NCBI GenBank assembly: GCA_965207735.1 | Contig: OZ242296.1 | Span: 3,552,001-3,616,000 of the forward strand | Length of the DNA: 64,000 nucleotides | Reading direction: 5' to 3' | From: Candidatus Versatilivorator sp. | GTDB lineage: Bacteria > Acidobacteriota > Terriglobia > Versatilivoradales > Versatilivoraceae | Shown: positions 28,921 to 39,129 of the stretch, piece after piece | Layout of the letters: every line of letters begins with the position of its first letter | Numbering within the stretch: position 1 is the stretch's first letter | Notes under the pieces: model-generated | Told to the model about the DNA's origin: nothing | Database searches by the model: none | Seen by the model: only the letters and a program-made list of their open reading frames with translations | Made by a program: the position numbers and the translations under genes

Positions 28921-30561
28921 ATGAGACCGTCCGCCCTCGACTCCAACCCTTCCGGCAGTTCCTGGGCCAAACAGCCGCTGGCGCACTTGCTGAGGGAGAC
29001 CGACACCTTTGTGACCTGCGTCGAACTGGTGACCTCCCGGGGCGTCATCACCGAGCGCAGCGGGCGTCGGGTCCTGGAGCTGGCTCGCGGGTTGGCCCGG
29101 GACCCGCGGGTCCATGCTCTCAGCATTACCGACAATCCCGGAGGCAACGCCATGTTGAGCGCGGACACTCTGGGGACCGATCTGACTGCGCGGGGGCAGG
29201 AGGTGATCATCCATCTCTCCTGCAAGGACTGGAACCGCAATGCCCTTCAAAGCCGGGGCTGGAAGCTGGCCAGCGAGGGCTTCAACAATATTCTGGCCCT
29301 GTCCGGAGACTGTCCCACCGGTGGTTACGCGGGTCAGGCCAGCGGCGTTTTCGACATCGATTCGGTGGGGCTGCTGCAGATGTATTCGGACATGAACGCG
29401 GGCTTGACGGCCGAAGGGCGGGGTGAAGCCACCATGGAACCCACCCGGTTCTTCCTGGGAGCGGTGGTCACCAACTTCAAGCGTCACGAGCGCGAGGTGA
29501 TGCCCCAGTACTTCAAGCTGGCGCTGAAGGTCAGGAGCGGGGCCCAATTCATCATCAATCAGATCGGCTACGACTCCCGCAAGCAGGATGAATTGCTGAA
29601 AGCCATGAGCCACTACCGCCTACAGGTTCCGGTGCTGGCCAATGTCTACGTCCTGAGTCGGCCCGCGGCTCGCTTTTTCAACACCGGCGCCATTCCCGGA
29701 GTGGTGGTGACCGACGAGCTGCTCAGTGTGGTGGAGAAGCAGGCGAAATCACCGGACAAGGGAAGGGCCTTTTTCCTCGAGCTTGCAGCCAAACAGTGCG
29801 CCATCGCCCGCGGGCTGGGCTATCGGGGGGTCTACCTGGGAGGACACCTCAAGCTGGAGCACTATGCCCGGGTGCTCTCCATCGCCGACAGTTTTGGCGA
29901 GCACGACTGGAAAGACTTCGCCAGAGAGATACGGTTTCCGCAGAAGGACGAGTTCTATCTCTTTGACGGCAATCCCGAGACCGGCCTGAGTTCCACCGAG
30001 ATCAACCCATCCTACCTGGCGTCCAAGACCCCGGAAGCCCTCGACGCCCTGCGGGGCCGGCTTCCCCTGAACTACAAGCTCAATCGCTGGGTTCACGAGC
30101 GGGTTTTTGAGAAGGAGAGTCCGGGATTTCCCCTGGGTCAGGGTTTCTATCGAACGGTGGAGCGGTCCGGTCCGGGCGCGCGGAAGGCCTTGCACGGGAT
30201 AGAGCATGCTTTTAAGATAGTGGGCTTCGATTGCCGCGACTGCGGGGATTGTTCTCTGCCGGACATCGCCTATCTTTGTCCGGAGTCACAGTGTGCCAAG
30301 AACCAGCGGAACGGCCCCTGCGGAGGCACCCGGCAGGGCAAGTGCGAGGTGGGGGAAAAGGAGTGCATCTGGGCCTTGGCCTACGACAGGTTGAAGGCTT
30401 ACGGCGAAGAAGAAGGCATGCTGGAGCGTCCGGCGGTTTTTCGCAACGGTGCTCTCAGAGGAACCAGCGCTTGGGCCAACGCCTTCCTGGGGCGCGACCA
30501 CCACGCGGTTGCCGGAGAGAGTGGGGAGCCCTCCCGATCCGGCCCCTCGAAAGGGCGCTGA
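28921..30561 (+). CDS. methylenetetrahydrofolate reductase with fused C-terminal Cys-rich (MetV/MTHFR_C-like) domain
   Basis: ITDNPGG, HLSCKDWNR, LALSGD, FDIDSV, K...GAQFIINQ; CRDCGDC...CP..C.K..RNGPCGG...CEV....CIW. Confidence 0.88.
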   Translation: MRPSALDSNPSGSSWAKQPLAHLLRETDTFVTCVELVTSRGVITERSGRRVLELARGLARDPRVHALSITDNPGGNAMLSADTLGTDLTARGQEVIIHLSCKDWNRNALQSRGWKLASEGFNNILALSGDCPTGGYAGQASGVFDIDSVGLLQMYSDMNAGLTAEGRGEATMEPTRFFLGAVVTNFKRHEREVMPQYFKLALKVRSGAQFIINQIGYDSRKQDELLKAMSHYRLQVPVLANVYVLSRPAARFFNTGAIPGVVVTDELLSVVEKQAKSPDKGRAFFLELAAKQCAIARGLGYRGVYLGGHLKLEHYARVLSIADSFGEHDWKDFAREIRFPQKDEFYLFDGNPETGLSSTEINPSYLASKTPEALDALRGRLPLNYKLNRWVHERVFEKESPGFPLGQGFYRTVERSGPGARKALHGIEHAFKIVGFDCRDCGDCSLPDIAYLCPESQCAKNQRNGPCGGTRQGKCEVGEKECIWALAYDRLKAYGEEEGMLERPAVFRNGALRGTSAWANAFLGRDHHAVAGESGEPSRSGPSKGR

Positions 30562-30653
30562 CCCGCCAGGGTTTCAAGACAGGGTGAAACGGTGCGGAAG
30601 ACAATAAGGTCTTTACAGGTCCTGACCGGCAGCCCGGCAAGAAAGTGGAGGCA

Positions 30654-31688
30654 ATGACCAGGAACGGGAACCAGCTTCAATTCACGACCATCGGCGAGAA
30701 CATTCACACCACCCGGGTCTTGTTGAGAAAGGGGAAGCGAATCGGCGAGAATCCCGCCGGCGTGGAATCGGTCAACTACAGGAATTCCGAAGGAGAGACC
30801 CGTTACCTGCCCATCCCGGAAGCGGTCAAGCGGACCCAGGATTACCAGGAGGGTCGGGTCAAGCATGTGAAGATCGCCGTCCTGGCGGCCCAGGCCGGCG
30901 GCGCCGAGTCGGAAGAGGGGCTCAGATATCTCCGCTACCTGGTGGAGCGGCAGTTGTCGGCGGGGGTCGACTTCCTCGATCTGAATGTGGACGAGGTGTC
31001 CCTCAAGTTGAATGAGCAGAAGGAGGCCATGCAATGGCTGGTTCGAACGGTGCAGTCCATGAGCCCCGTTCCGATTTCGGTGGATTCCTCCAACATCGAG
31101 ATCATTCAGGCCGGCCTGGAAGCCTGTCATGACAAGGTGGGGAGGAACCTGCTGAATTCGGCCTCCCTGGAGCGTCTGGAGGCCCTGGACCTGGCCCGGG
31201 AGCACGACACCAAGGTCATCGTGACGGCGGCCGGTGAGAAGGGGATGCCTCAGAACGAAGTGGAGCGTCTGGAGAATGCCTCACGCATGGTGGAGGCCGC
31301 CCTGTCCAGGGGGATCTCCCTGGACAGCATCTACGTGGACGTCCTGGTGTTTCCCATCTCGGTCGACGGTCGGTTCGGCCACCATGCCCTGGAGACCATC
31401 CGGCAGCTGCGGGCCGGATACGGACCGGAGGTCCATATCACCGGAGGCCTGAGCAACGTTTCCTTTGGACTGCCCCGCCGCCGGCTGATCAACGATGTCT
31501 TCATTCTCCTGTCCCTGGAGGCTGGTGCGGACAGCGGGATCATCGACCCGGTGGCCAGCAACCTGCAGGCGATCCTCTCCATGGACCGCCAGGCCGATAC
31601 CTACCGGATGACGGAGGATCTGCTGCTGGGGAGGGACCGTCACTGCAAGAGTTTCCTGCGGGCCTACCGCAAGGGGGAATTACAGTAG
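30654..31688 (+). CDS. pterin-binding (DHPS-like) methyltetrahydrofolate:corrinoid methyltransferase
   Basis: IGENIH, FLDLNVD, PISVDSS, LLNS, GGLSNVSFGLP.R, I.DP (AcsE/MetH folate-domain type). Confidence 0.88.
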   Translation: MTRNGNQLQFTTIGENIHTTRVLLRKGKRIGENPAGVESVNYRNSEGETRYLPIPEAVKRTQDYQEGRVKHVKIAVLAAQAGGAESEEGLRYLRYLVERQLSAGVDFLDLNVDEVSLKLNEQKEAMQWLVRTVQSMSPVPISVDSSNIEIIQAGLEACHDKVGRNLLNSASLERLEALDLAREHDTKVIVTAAGEKGMPQNEVERLENASRMVEAALSRGISLDSIYVDVLVFPISVDGRFGHHALETIRQLRAGYGPEVHITGGLSNVSFGLPRRRLINDVFILLSLEAGADSGIIDPVASNLQAILSMDRQADTYRMTEDLLLGRDRHCKSFLRAYRKGELQ

Positions 31689-31732
31689 CCGTCCCGGCAA
31701 CTTGGGGACGGTGGAGCGAGCGAGCTGGAATC

Positions 31733-32044
31733 ATGCCGCAATATCAGATTTTGTTCTGGAAAGACATTCCGGCCCAGATCAAGGTTTACGAGGGCCGTCG
31801 CGGCGTTTCCAGGCTGTTGCCCGACCGCTTCCAGGTCGAGATCGACCGGGTGGCCATGGCCGAGGGCCTGGCGGGCACGGATGACTACCTGGACCAGTGG
31901 CACTGGACGGCCCGACAGGAACGGTCCGGAACCACCCAAGAGGTCCTGGACGGTCTTGCAGAGGAGTTGCAACGGGAGTTCGACTCCCGCAGGCGCAAGC
32001 GTGCCGGACGTACAGGCAAGTCCGGGGAAGATTCAGCGGGGTAG
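31733..32044 (+). CDS. Virulence_fact-family small protein
   Basis: WKDIPAQ, L..RFQ..IDR.AM..G....DDYL..W motif. Confidence 0.8.
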   Translation: MPQYQILFWKDIPAQIKVYEGRRGVSRLLPDRFQVEIDRVAMAEGLAGTDDYLDQWHWTARQERSGTTQEVLDGLAEELQREFDSRRRKRAGRTGKSGEDSAG

Positions 32045-32047
32045 CCG

Positions 32048-32836
32048 ATGGCAGCAACCAGACTGAGATTGGAGAACAAGGTGGCCCTGGTCACGGGAGC
32101 CTCTCGCGGCATAGGCCGGGCGATCGCCTTGGCCTTTGCCGAGGAGGGTGCCGCGGTGGCCGTCAACTACGCCGCCAATGGCCGCTTGGCCGAAGAGGTG
32201 CGTGACGCCATCGCTTCGGCCGGGGGACGCGCCCTCTGCGTTCAAGCCGACGTGGGAGTTGCCGGAGAGGTGGACTCCATGGTCCGGCAGGTACTGCAGG
32301 AGTACGGGCGAATCGATATCCTGGTCAACAATGCCGGGCTTCTCAACCAGGAGCCGTCGCTGGAGGCGACCGGGGACGGGTTCGACCGGATGGTGGACGT
32401 CAACGTCAAGGGGGTCATCCGCTGTGCCGCGGCGGTGGTGGAGGGCATGAAGCAGCGAGGCCACGGGAGGATTATCAACGTCTCCTCCATTGCCGCTCTG
32501 GGCACTTCCATGCCCGGAGTGACCGGTTACGCCATGACCAAGGCTTCGGTTAACATGTTTACCCGACGGCTCGCCAGGGAACTGGGTCCCCACAACATCA
32601 CCGTGAACGCCATTGCGCCGGGATTTATCCTCACAGACATGTCTCGGGAGGGCGCCCGAGCCAGCGGGACCTACGTCGACGGCATCGCCGAGCGGACCAT
32701 GCTGCGTCGTGTGGGCGCGCCGGTGGACATCGCGGGGGTGGCCCTCTTTCTGGCCTCGGACGACTCGTCCTTCATGACGGGGCAGGTGCTCACCGTGGAT
32801 GGCGGGCGCATCGACTATCTCACCCACTCGGTGTAA
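32048..32836 (+). CDS. SDR-family oxidoreductase
   Basis: TGASRGIG, NNAG, YAMTK, NAIAPG. Confidence 0.92.
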   Translation: MAATRLRLENKVALVTGASRGIGRAIALAFAEEGAAVAVNYAANGRLAEEVRDAIASAGGRALCVQADVGVAGEVDSMVRQVLQEYGRIDILVNNAGLLNQEPSLEATGDGFDRMVDVNVKGVIRCAAAVVEGMKQRGHGRIINVSSIAALGTSMPGVTGYAMTKASVNMFTRRLARELGPHNITVNAIAPGFILTDMSREGARASGTYVDGIAERTMLRRVGAPVDIAGVALFLASDDSSFMTGQVLTVDGGRIDYLTHSV

Positions 32837-32905
32837 CCGGTCCGTCAGGCCCCGGGCGCCTGGGGGCTTCGGACGGAATCCCGAGTCAAAGGGAAAGAAT
32901 CTTTC

Positions 32906-33886
32906 ATGCAGCCTGAACGGATCGTATCCATCGCTCCCATCGATCGGATAGCCATCGACATCCTGCAACAGGTGGCTCCGGTGGAGATCTCTTCCTCTCC
33001 GGACGAATCCACCATGCTCACCCTGCTGGAGGGGACCATCGGGCTGGTGGCCCGAGGCACCGAAGGCGGCATTACCCGGAAGATCATTGAAAACTGCCCG
33101 GGCTTGCGGGTCATCGGTCGACCCGGGGTCGGCTACGATACGGTGGACGTGGCCTTTGCCACCGAGCGGAAGATTCCCGTGGTGTACGCTCCCATCGGAG
33201 GGTTCGCCGTCGCCGAGGCCGCCCTGGCGCTGCTGATGGCCATCGTCAAGAAGGTCCAGCTGGCCGACTCCATCCTCAAGCAGGGGCAGTGGCAGCGACG
33301 CTACCAGTTGAGCACGGGGGATTTGACCGGGCACACCCTGGGGATCATAGGACTGGGTCGGATCGGCGGGCGGCTGGCCCGGCTGGTGCAGAATTTCGAG
33401 ATGGAAGTGCTGGGATACGATCCCTTCCTGACGGCGGATACCGCCAAGGGAATGGGAGTCGAGCCGGTGCCGCTGGATGACCTGCTGCGGCGTTCGGATT
33501 TCGTTTCGGTGCACGTCCCCCTGGGGGAGCAGACCCGCGGCCTGATCAACCGGGAGCGGATCGCACGCATGAAGCCGGGGGCCGTCTTCATCAACACCGC
33601 CCGGGGCGGAGTGGTGGAAAGCCTGGATGTCCTGGCCGACGCCCTGGAGAGCGGCCACCTGGGAGCGGTGGGTCTGGATGTGTTTCCCACCGAACCCCCC
33701 GACACCTCCCACCGACTGTTCAAGCACCCCCACTTTACCGGGGCTCCCCACTTGCTGGGAGTGAGCCGCTTGGCCATGGAGCGCATTTACCGCTCCATGG
33801 CTACCGACATGGTGGCGGTTCTCCAGGGACAGCGGCCCCGGTACTGCGTCAATCCGGAGGTTTGCGAGGAACTGTTCGAGTCTTGA
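32906..33886 (+). CDS. D-2-hydroxyacid dehydrogenase (SerA-like catalytic domain)
   Basis: GVGYD, GLGRIG, INTARG, LDVF..EP, PH. Confidence 0.9.
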   Translation: MQPERIVSIAPIDRIAIDILQQVAPVEISSSPDESTMLTLLEGTIGLVARGTEGGITRKIIENCPGLRVIGRPGVGYDTVDVAFATERKIPVVYAPIGGFAVAEAALALLMAIVKKVQLADSILKQGQWQRRYQLSTGDLTGHTLGIIGLGRIGGRLARLVQNFEMEVLGYDPFLTADTAKGMGVEPVPLDDLLRRSDFVSVHVPLGEQTRGLINRERIARMKPGAVFINTARGGVVESLDVLADALESGHLGAVGLDVFPTEPPDTSHRLFKHPHFTGAPHLLGVSRLAMERIYRSMATDMVAVLQGQRPRYCVNPEVCEELFES

Positions 33887-33902
33887 GGGAAGGAAGGAAA
33901 CT

Positions 33903-34868
33903 ATGAGAATCGTGGTGCTTGACGGATACACTCTGAATCCGGGAGATCTTTCCTGGGAAGGCTTGGAAAAGCTGGGAACCACCGAGGTTCACGATCGAAC
34001 CGAACCCGAGCTCACCTTTGAGCGTGCTCGGGGCGCTGAGGCCGTGTTGACAAACAAGACCGCCCTGGACGCCGGGATGCTGCGCCGGCTGCATGGCGAG
34101 GGGCTTCGCTACGTGGGCGTGCTGGCCACGGGATACAACGTGGCGGATATCCAGGCGGCCCGGGAACTGGGAATCCCCGTGACCAACGTGCCTACCTACG
34201 GGACGGCCTCGGTGGCCCAGTTCGCCTTCGCGCTGCTGCTGGAGCTCTGCCACCATGTGCAGCTCCACAGCGATGCCGTCCGGGGGGGAGAATGGTCCGG
34301 CAGCATCGACTGGTGTTTCTGGAAGACCCCTCTCATCGAGCTGTCCGGGAGGACCATGGGGATCGTGGGATTTGGCCGCATCGGGCGCCAGGTCGGCCGG
34401 ATCGCCGACGCCATGGGCATGCGGGTCATCGCCCATGACGCCATCACCGTCAATCCTCCCGACTACGACGGGTTCCGCTGGGTTGGAGTGGAAGAGCTGC
34501 TGCAGGAAGCCGATGTGGTCAGCCTCCACTGCCCTCTGTTCCCCGAGACCCAGGGAATGATCAACGCCGAGCGGCTGGCGATGATGAAGCCTACCGCTTT
34601 TCTGCTCAACAATTCCCGGGGGCCCCTGATCGTCGACCAGGACCTGGCCGATGCCCTCGATGCGGGTCGGATTGCCGGGGCGGGGCTCGATGTGCTGTCG
34701 GTAGAACCTCCCCTGGATACCAATCCCCTGTTGTCGGCCAAGAATTGCCTGGTGACCCCCCACATCTCCTGGGCGACCCGGGAGGCCAGGTCACGGCTGA
34801 TGGACACCGTGGTTGGAAACGTGCAGAGTTTCCTCGAGAACCGGACCCGGAACGTGGTGAACCCCTGA
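33903..34868 (+). CDS. glycerate dehydrogenase / hydroxypyruvate reductase-like D-2-hydroxyacid dehydrogenase
   Basis: [53 protein letters not shown]. Confidence 0.9.
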   Translation: MRIVVLDGYTLNPGDLSWEGLEKLGTTEVHDRTEPELTFERARGAEAVLTNKTALDAGMLRRLHGEGLRYVGVLATGYNVADIQAARELGIPVTNVPTYGTASVAQFAFALLLELCHHVQLHSDAVRGGEWSGSIDWCFWKTPLIELSGRTMGIVGFGRIGRQVGRIADAMGMRVIAHDAITVNPPDYDGFRWVGVEELLQEADVVSLHCPLFPETQGMINAERLAMMKPTAFLLNNSRGPLIVDQDLADALDAGRIAGAGLDVLSVEPPLDTNPLLSAKNCLVTPHISWATREARSRLMDTVVGNVQSFLENRTRNVVNP

Positions 34869-34912
34869 GTCTTGGGCTGGAATTGCCGAACCGCCGGCAG
34901 CAGGAGGACATG

Positions 34913-35920
34913 ATGGCCCGAATCCGTTTACCGTTGCAGAACCTTTCTCGCGCATTCCTCGAAGTGGTTGAACAGTCTGCCATCGCCGCTGCCCGGACCA
35001 TGGGCATAGGCGACCGAGAGTTCTCCGATCAGGCCGCGGTAGAGGTGATGCGGAAGATCATGGACAGCGTTCCCATGAAGGGGACCATCGTGATCGGAGA
35101 AGGCGAGAGGGACAAGGCCCCCATGCTCTACATCGGGGAAAAGGTGGGCAAACAGAAGGACATCGCCAAGGGCGAGCAGGTTGCCCATGAGGTGGACATT
35201 GCCGTCGACCCGCTGGAGGGCACCAACCTTTGCGCCACCGGTGCGCCGGGGGCCATCACGGTGCTGGCCAGCTCCGAGAAGGGCGGCCTGCTGAATGCGC
35301 CGGACTGCTACATGGAGAAGATCATCGTCGGTCCCTCCTCCAAGGGAGTCATCGATATCGACGCTTCGGTCAAGGACAACCTGCGGGCCATCGCCAAGAG
35401 ACTGGACCGCGACGTGGAGAACCTGGTGGTGGTGGTTCTGGACCGCCCGCGGCATGCTCAGCTGATCCAGGATATCCGGGCCGCCGGCGCCCGCATCCGG
35501 CTCATTACCGACGGCGACCTTTCGGCGGGCATCAGTGTGGCCCTCCGCGGGACCGGAGTCCACGCGGTCATGGGGATCGGCGGCGCTCCGGAAGGGGTGT
35601 TGACGGCGGCGGCGCTGCGCTGCCTGAACGGAGAGATCCTGGCGAGGCTGGTGGTCAAGGACGAGGAACAGGCCGAGCGGATGAAGGGCATGGGCATCGA
35701 GGACCCGAGCAAAGTCTACGCCACCACCGAGCTGGCCTCAGGCAAGAATATCATCTTCGCGGCTACCGGCGTCACCGACGGCACCCTGCTGAAAGGCGTG
35801 CGGTTCTTCGGAGACGGCACCCGGACGCAGTCGCTGCTGATGAACCTGGCCAACCGGCACGTCCGCTTCGTGGACACCGTCCACCTGGCTCAACGTCCCG
35901 ACATCAGCGTCCGCCTGTAG
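34913..35920 (+). CDS. glpX: class II fructose-1,6-bisphosphatase
   Basis: [47 protein letters not shown]; AGGAGG RBS. Confidence 0.96.
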   Translation: MARIRLPLQNLSRAFLEVVEQSAIAAARTMGIGDREFSDQAAVEVMRKIMDSVPMKGTIVIGEGERDKAPMLYIGEKVGKQKDIAKGEQVAHEVDIAVDPLEGTNLCATGAPGAITVLASSEKGGLLNAPDCYMEKIIVGPSSKGVIDIDASVKDNLRAIAKRLDRDVENLVVVVLDRPRHAQLIQDIRAAGARIRLITDGDLSAGISVALRGTGVHAVMGIGGAPEGVLTAAALRCLNGEILARLVVKDEEQAERMKGMGIEDPSKVYATTELASGKNIIFAATGVTDGTLLKGVRFFGDGTRTQSLLMNLANRHVRFVDTVHLAQRPDISVRL

Positions 35921-36000
35921 CCCGGCAACGATCTGCCGGCGGTCGCCCGAGTCGTTCCTTCCTCTCATTCAGAGCTTGAATCCAACTTCTGATCGATGGC

Positions 36001-36942
36001 GTGTCCTTTGGATGCCCCCCTTCTTCCAGGAGGTCCGGCTTGGGAGTCCTGATCAGCGTCCTGATTGCCGCCGCCGTCGCCCTTTTCCTGCCGGAGGCCG
36101 TCCTGCGGTTGCAACCGCTGCTGGCGCCTGCCTTCGCGCTGACCATGGTCCTGATAGGAAGCCTGGTGCGGGCGGAACACAGGGAGAGCTTTCGGCGAGC
36201 TCCCCTGAGACCCATCCTGGGCCTGATCTGTCAATACACCGTCATGCCCTTGACCGCCTGGCTGATTTCCCTGGCCTTCCAGGAACCGGCGCTCCGGATC
36301 GGTATCGTGCTGGTGGGTTGCATGCCCGGCGCCATCGCTTCCAACGTCATGACCCTTCTCTTCAAGGGCGACCTGATTCTCTCCATCACCTTGACCACCC
36401 TGGCCACCTTGACCTGCCCGGTGATCCTGGCCTTCTGGCTGCCGCTCCTGGCCGGCGCCAGCCTCGAGGTTCCGGCGGGCTCCCTGGCCGTGAGCGCGGT
36501 TTGGATGGTGTTGCTGCCGGCCGCCAGTGGGATTCTGCTGCGAAAGTTCCTTCCGGAATTCCCGCCCTGGTGGGACCGGATGGCCACACTGGTGGCCTCG
36601 ATGGCCATCGTCCTGATCATCATGGTGGTGGTGGCTGCCAATCGGGAAAGGCTGGCCGATACCGGCCCCCTGCTGATGGCGGCCCTGGTGACCCTGAATC
36701 TGAGCGCCTATGGAGTGGCTTACCTGGCGGGCGGCCTGCTGGGCTGGCCCTCGGCTCAGCGCAGGACCCTGGTGATCGAGGTAGGCATGCAAAACGCCGG
36801 ATTGGGGTCCGTCCTGGCCATGGCTCATCTGGGCCATGCGGCCGCCATTCCGAGCGCGTTCTATACGGCCCTTTGCGTGTTGACCGCCGCCATGGGTCTG
36901 CCGCTGCAGCGGCGGCTGGAGGGACAGCGCTCCATTCGTTGA
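36001..36942 (+). CDS. bile acid:sodium symporter (BASS) family transporter
   Basis: multi-TM; QYTVMP, PGAIASNV, EVGMQNAGLG. Confidence 0.92.
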   Translation: MSFGCPPSSRRSGLGVLISVLIAAAVALFLPEAVLRLQPLLAPAFALTMVLIGSLVRAEHRESFRRAPLRPILGLICQYTVMPLTAWLISLAFQEPALRIGIVLVGCMPGAIASNVMTLLFKGDLILSITLTTLATLTCPVILAFWLPLLAGASLEVPAGSLAVSAVWMVLLPAASGILLRKFLPEFPPWWDRMATLVASMAIVLIIMVVVAANRERLADTGPLLMAALVTLNLSAYGVAYLAGGLLGWPSAQRRTLVIEVGMQNAGLGSVLAMAHLGHAAAIPSAFYTALCVLTAAMGLPLQRRLEGQRSIR

Positions 36943-36967
36943 CAAATCCCCATGAGATCTATAGAGT
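36939..36967 (+). promoter_or_regulatory. sigma70-type promoter for the PPC/DUF1549/DUF1501 cluster
   Basis: TTGACA-N17-TAGAGT. Confidence 0.5.
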
Positions 36968-37099
36968 TAGGCTTCCCACTGAGGAGTGTCTCCTCATCAG
37001 ATACAGGTAGGCCCCGGGGCCTTGCCGACAAAGCTCTTTCTCCAGTTGTGAATTGTGCGAGAGTTGTTGGAAAAGGCCGCTAGAGCCGAGGAGCAGAGC

Positions 37100-39103
37100 A
37101 TGGCGCTTCACAGATTCAACCGTTTCATGGTCGGCTTGTTGCTGCTGGGCCTGGCTGCCGGGTTGGCGGCCGGCGCCGACCGGCTCAAGCCATCCTACTC
37201 CGAGCCCGAACTGCACACGCTGGCTCCCCTGGGCGGCGGGGTCGGCTCAAGCCTGGAGGTCGAAGTTCGAGGCAAGTTCCTGGCCGGGGCCTCCGCGATC
37301 TGGACGGGTCACCAGGCCTTTGAAGCTCGGGTGACCTCGGTGGAGGCGGTTACTTCCCCGGCGGCGGAAAGCGATGACAAGGCTGAGTCAAAGGACGACG
37401 GCGAGTACCGGGTCAGGCTTCAGGTCGACATCGCCCCCGATGCCGCCCCGGGTCCGCACCCGCTGAGACTGGTGGCTGCAGGAGGAGTCTCCAACCGGCT
37501 CTACCTGCAAATCCACCAGGACCCCGTCATTGCCGAGTCACCCCGACCCCACCAAAAACCTGACACGGCACAGCCGGTCGCCGTTCCCGTGGTAGTCAAC
37601 GGCACCATCTCAAGGCAAGGGGAACTGGACTACTACAGCCTGGAAGCGTCCAAGGGGCAGGAAGTCGCGTTCGAGGTCATTTTCAGCCACGAAACCCTGA
37701 CCAAGGGCTTTCGCCCGCAACTGCGAATCTATGAGACCACGGGCAGTTGGCTGGGATCTCGTCAGCTCACCCAGGTGGCTTTTCACAGTGAAGTCCATGG
37801 AGAAATCAATTTGAGCCCGGGCGAAGCGGGACCGCCTCCCGGCACCACGCCGATCAACTCGGGATTGAAGTACCGGTTCGGCAAGGCCGGCCGTTACCTG
37901 GTGGAAGTGGCTTCAGAGCGATTTCAAGGGAAACCGGAGTACGCCTATCAGCTCCGAATGGCGCCGGTCGGAGCGGACTACCAGAGCCGCCTCAAGGACT
38001 CGGAGTGGGGCCGAACCTTCACCCGCAGGATCGGCGCCGACCGTTTGGAGGCCCTTTGGGCGCGCACGGTCACGTCCAATCGCCCCACCGATCCGGCGTC
38101 CGATGGGCAGCCCGCTTCCGGCAGTCCCGATCCGGAAACCGCCTACGACAACCAGCAGGGGAAGCGCCCGGCTCCCATTCCCAACCGAGTGACCCACTGG
38201 GCTGAGAAAGAACCCAACGATGAATCGGGTCGAGCCACCGAGGTGGCCCTGCCCGGACTGATTCAAGGGTCCATCGACCGGCCGGGAGACGTGGATACCT
38301 ACCGATTCAAGTTGTCGTCGGCTCAACGCCTGGCTTTCGAGATCCAGACTCCCGGCTTGAGTCCACCCCATTTCACTCCCCGGTTCGAGGTCAAGGACGC
38401 GGCGGGTCGGTCCATGGTGACCAACCTGCACAAAGTGAAGTCGACGCTGAGCGAGGGTCAGTGGGTGGTCAAGGACGTTGAGTCCAAGGTGATCGAGACC
38501 TTTGACCAGGAGGGAGAATACACGGTCGAGGTTCGCGACGTGACCTCCAGAAGCGGCAGCCGGGAATGCCTGTACCGACTGCTGATCAGGCCGCAGATTC
38601 CTCACTTGGGAGAATTCACCGTGGAAACCCTGAAACGGGGGACGGAAGACCGCCGGGTCGACCCGTTGCGGATCAATCTCGCTCCGGGAGAGGCCAAGAG
38701 CTTGATCATAACGGCGCGGATCGAGGAGATCGACGCCAGGATCACCGATTCTCTGGGTGAACGGGCTTTCGACTGGGGAACCGGAGACATGATCCTGCAG
38801 GCAGAGGGGCTTCCCCGGGGAGTCAAGGCGCTGCCGGGGACCGGTATCCTGAAGATCAAGGGGAAACCGCGCTTCGAGACCCTTCTGAAATACAATTATC
38901 TTCCCGACGTGCTGCAGGCGGTGATGGTGTTCCATGCCGAAGACGACGCCCAGTCTATGGCCCTGCCGGAGTCAGTCCGCCTCACGGCCCGACCCTTGAT
39001 CGGGGGCAGGCCCGGTCCAACCATTCCGGTGGCGGATGTGCCCCTGATGGTGGTTGCCGGATCGGTGGCAAAGGCCGTTCCCGGGGAAGCGGTCGGGGAG
39101 TAG
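37100..39103 (+). CDS. exported protein with repeated pre-peptidase C-terminal (PPC)-like domains
   Basis: signal peptide; PLGG..G..VEV.G, GVSN, GTI...GELDYY, EKEPND, G.IDRPGDVDTY. Confidence 0.75.
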   Translation: MALHRFNRFMVGLLLLGLAAGLAAGADRLKPSYSEPELHTLAPLGGGVGSSLEVEVRGKFLAGASAIWTGHQAFEARVTSVEAVTSPAAESDDKAESKDDGEYRVRLQVDIAPDAAPGPHPLRLVAAGGVSNRLYLQIHQDPVIAESPRPHQKPDTAQPVAVPVVVNGTISRQGELDYYSLEASKGQEVAFEVIFSHETLTKGFRPQLRIYETTGSWLGSRQLTQVAFHSEVHGEINLSPGEAGPPPGTTPINSGLKYRFGKAGRYLVEVASERFQGKPEYAYQLRMAPVGADYQSRLKDSEWGRTFTRRIGADRLEALWARTVTSNRPTDPASDGQPASGSPDPETAYDNQQGKRPAPIPNRVTHWAEKEPNDESGRATEVALPGLIQGSIDRPGDVDTYRFKLSSAQRLAFEIQTPGLSPPHFTPRFEVKDAAGRSMVTNLHKVKSTLSEGQWVVKDVESKVIETFDQEGEYTVEVRDVTSRSGSRECLYRLLIRPQIPHLGEFTVETLKRGTEDRRVDPLRINLAPGEAKSLIITARIEEIDARITDSLGERAFDWGTGDMILQAEGLPRGVKALPGTGILKIKGKPRFETLLKYNYLPDVLQAVMVFHAEDDAQSMALPESVRLTARPLIGGRPGPTIPVADVPLMVVAGSVAKAVPGEAVGE

Positions 39104-39129
39104 GTTTGATTGGTCGAGGTGAAGGGGAA

